The position numbers and the translations under genes were made by a program. DNA of 64,000 nucleotides, from assembly GCA_030704615.1 (NCBI GenBank), contig CM060734.1, positions 29,326,001-29,390,000 on the forward strand, in the 5' to 3' direction. The notes under the pieces are model-generated. The model did not search any database and was not told the DNA's origin. It worked only from the letters and a program-made list of their open reading frames with translations. This document shows, in pieces, positions 63,537-64,000 of this stretch. Within the stretch, counting starts at the first letter, position 1, and every line of letters begins with the position of its first letter. Source of the stretch: Takakia lepidozioides (taxonomy: Eukaryota > Plantae > Bryophyta).

Positions 63537-64000
63537 GTAAGGCTTCTTTGAATGTTCGCGTTTCTCGTTCGGTCTGCTGTGGAGACTTAGAGGGGGGTTT
63601 GGATCTTAAACTGTGACTTTGTCTGACAGCACACGAATTATCCAGAGAAGTTAGCTGAACGAGGTGAGAGCTGCCTAGGCATCGTGAGATTTGAGGACCG
63701 TTTCGATTCGAGGCTTTGAGGACTTGTATCTCAAACAGTAGAGGATAAAAGCGGTTAGAATTGGTGCACTATTTCGGTATGGAGCATATTCCTCCTTAAG
63801 AAGGACTAGGAGACTATCCGCCTTCCAGAAACATAGCACACCTTAACCTTTCAGAACCTCAGGTCTGAAAATAAGGTAAGTTAGTCTCCGTGCAAACAAA
63901 GCCTTGGAATTAAGGCTCTTTTCGAATGGCAGTTGATGGTACTTGTCTAAATAAATGTCAGTAGTGGAGGAACCTGCCTGTGGATGTCCAGGTCGGGCTT

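Overview
Eukaryotic nuclear DNA, most likely a non-seed land plant (inferred from spliceosomal introns, PLS-type PPR fragments and plant TE lineages). Two host genes flank about 55 kb of nested transposons. The left gene (minus strand, about 1.1-7.3 kb, 8 exons with consistent phases) encodes a bromodomain joined to KANSL1/NSL1-like motifs (WDR5-binding WIN motif, PEHE domain). The right gene is exon 1 of a papain-family cysteine protease. Between them are: a complete 4.7-kb Pack-CACTA (TIRs and 3-bp TSD) carrying fragments of SEC13, PPR and OSB genes; two LINE remnants; four Ty3/Gypsy remnants, three with extra ORFs; two TE-borne FCP1/NIF phosphatase domains; and a CACTA transposase locus. 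In that locus a SET-domain exon sits in the putative first intron and is splice-compatible with the same first exon as the transposase. A roughly 85-bp structured element occurs twice with a compensatory base change. All domain calls come from motif recognition by eye; no database search was run.
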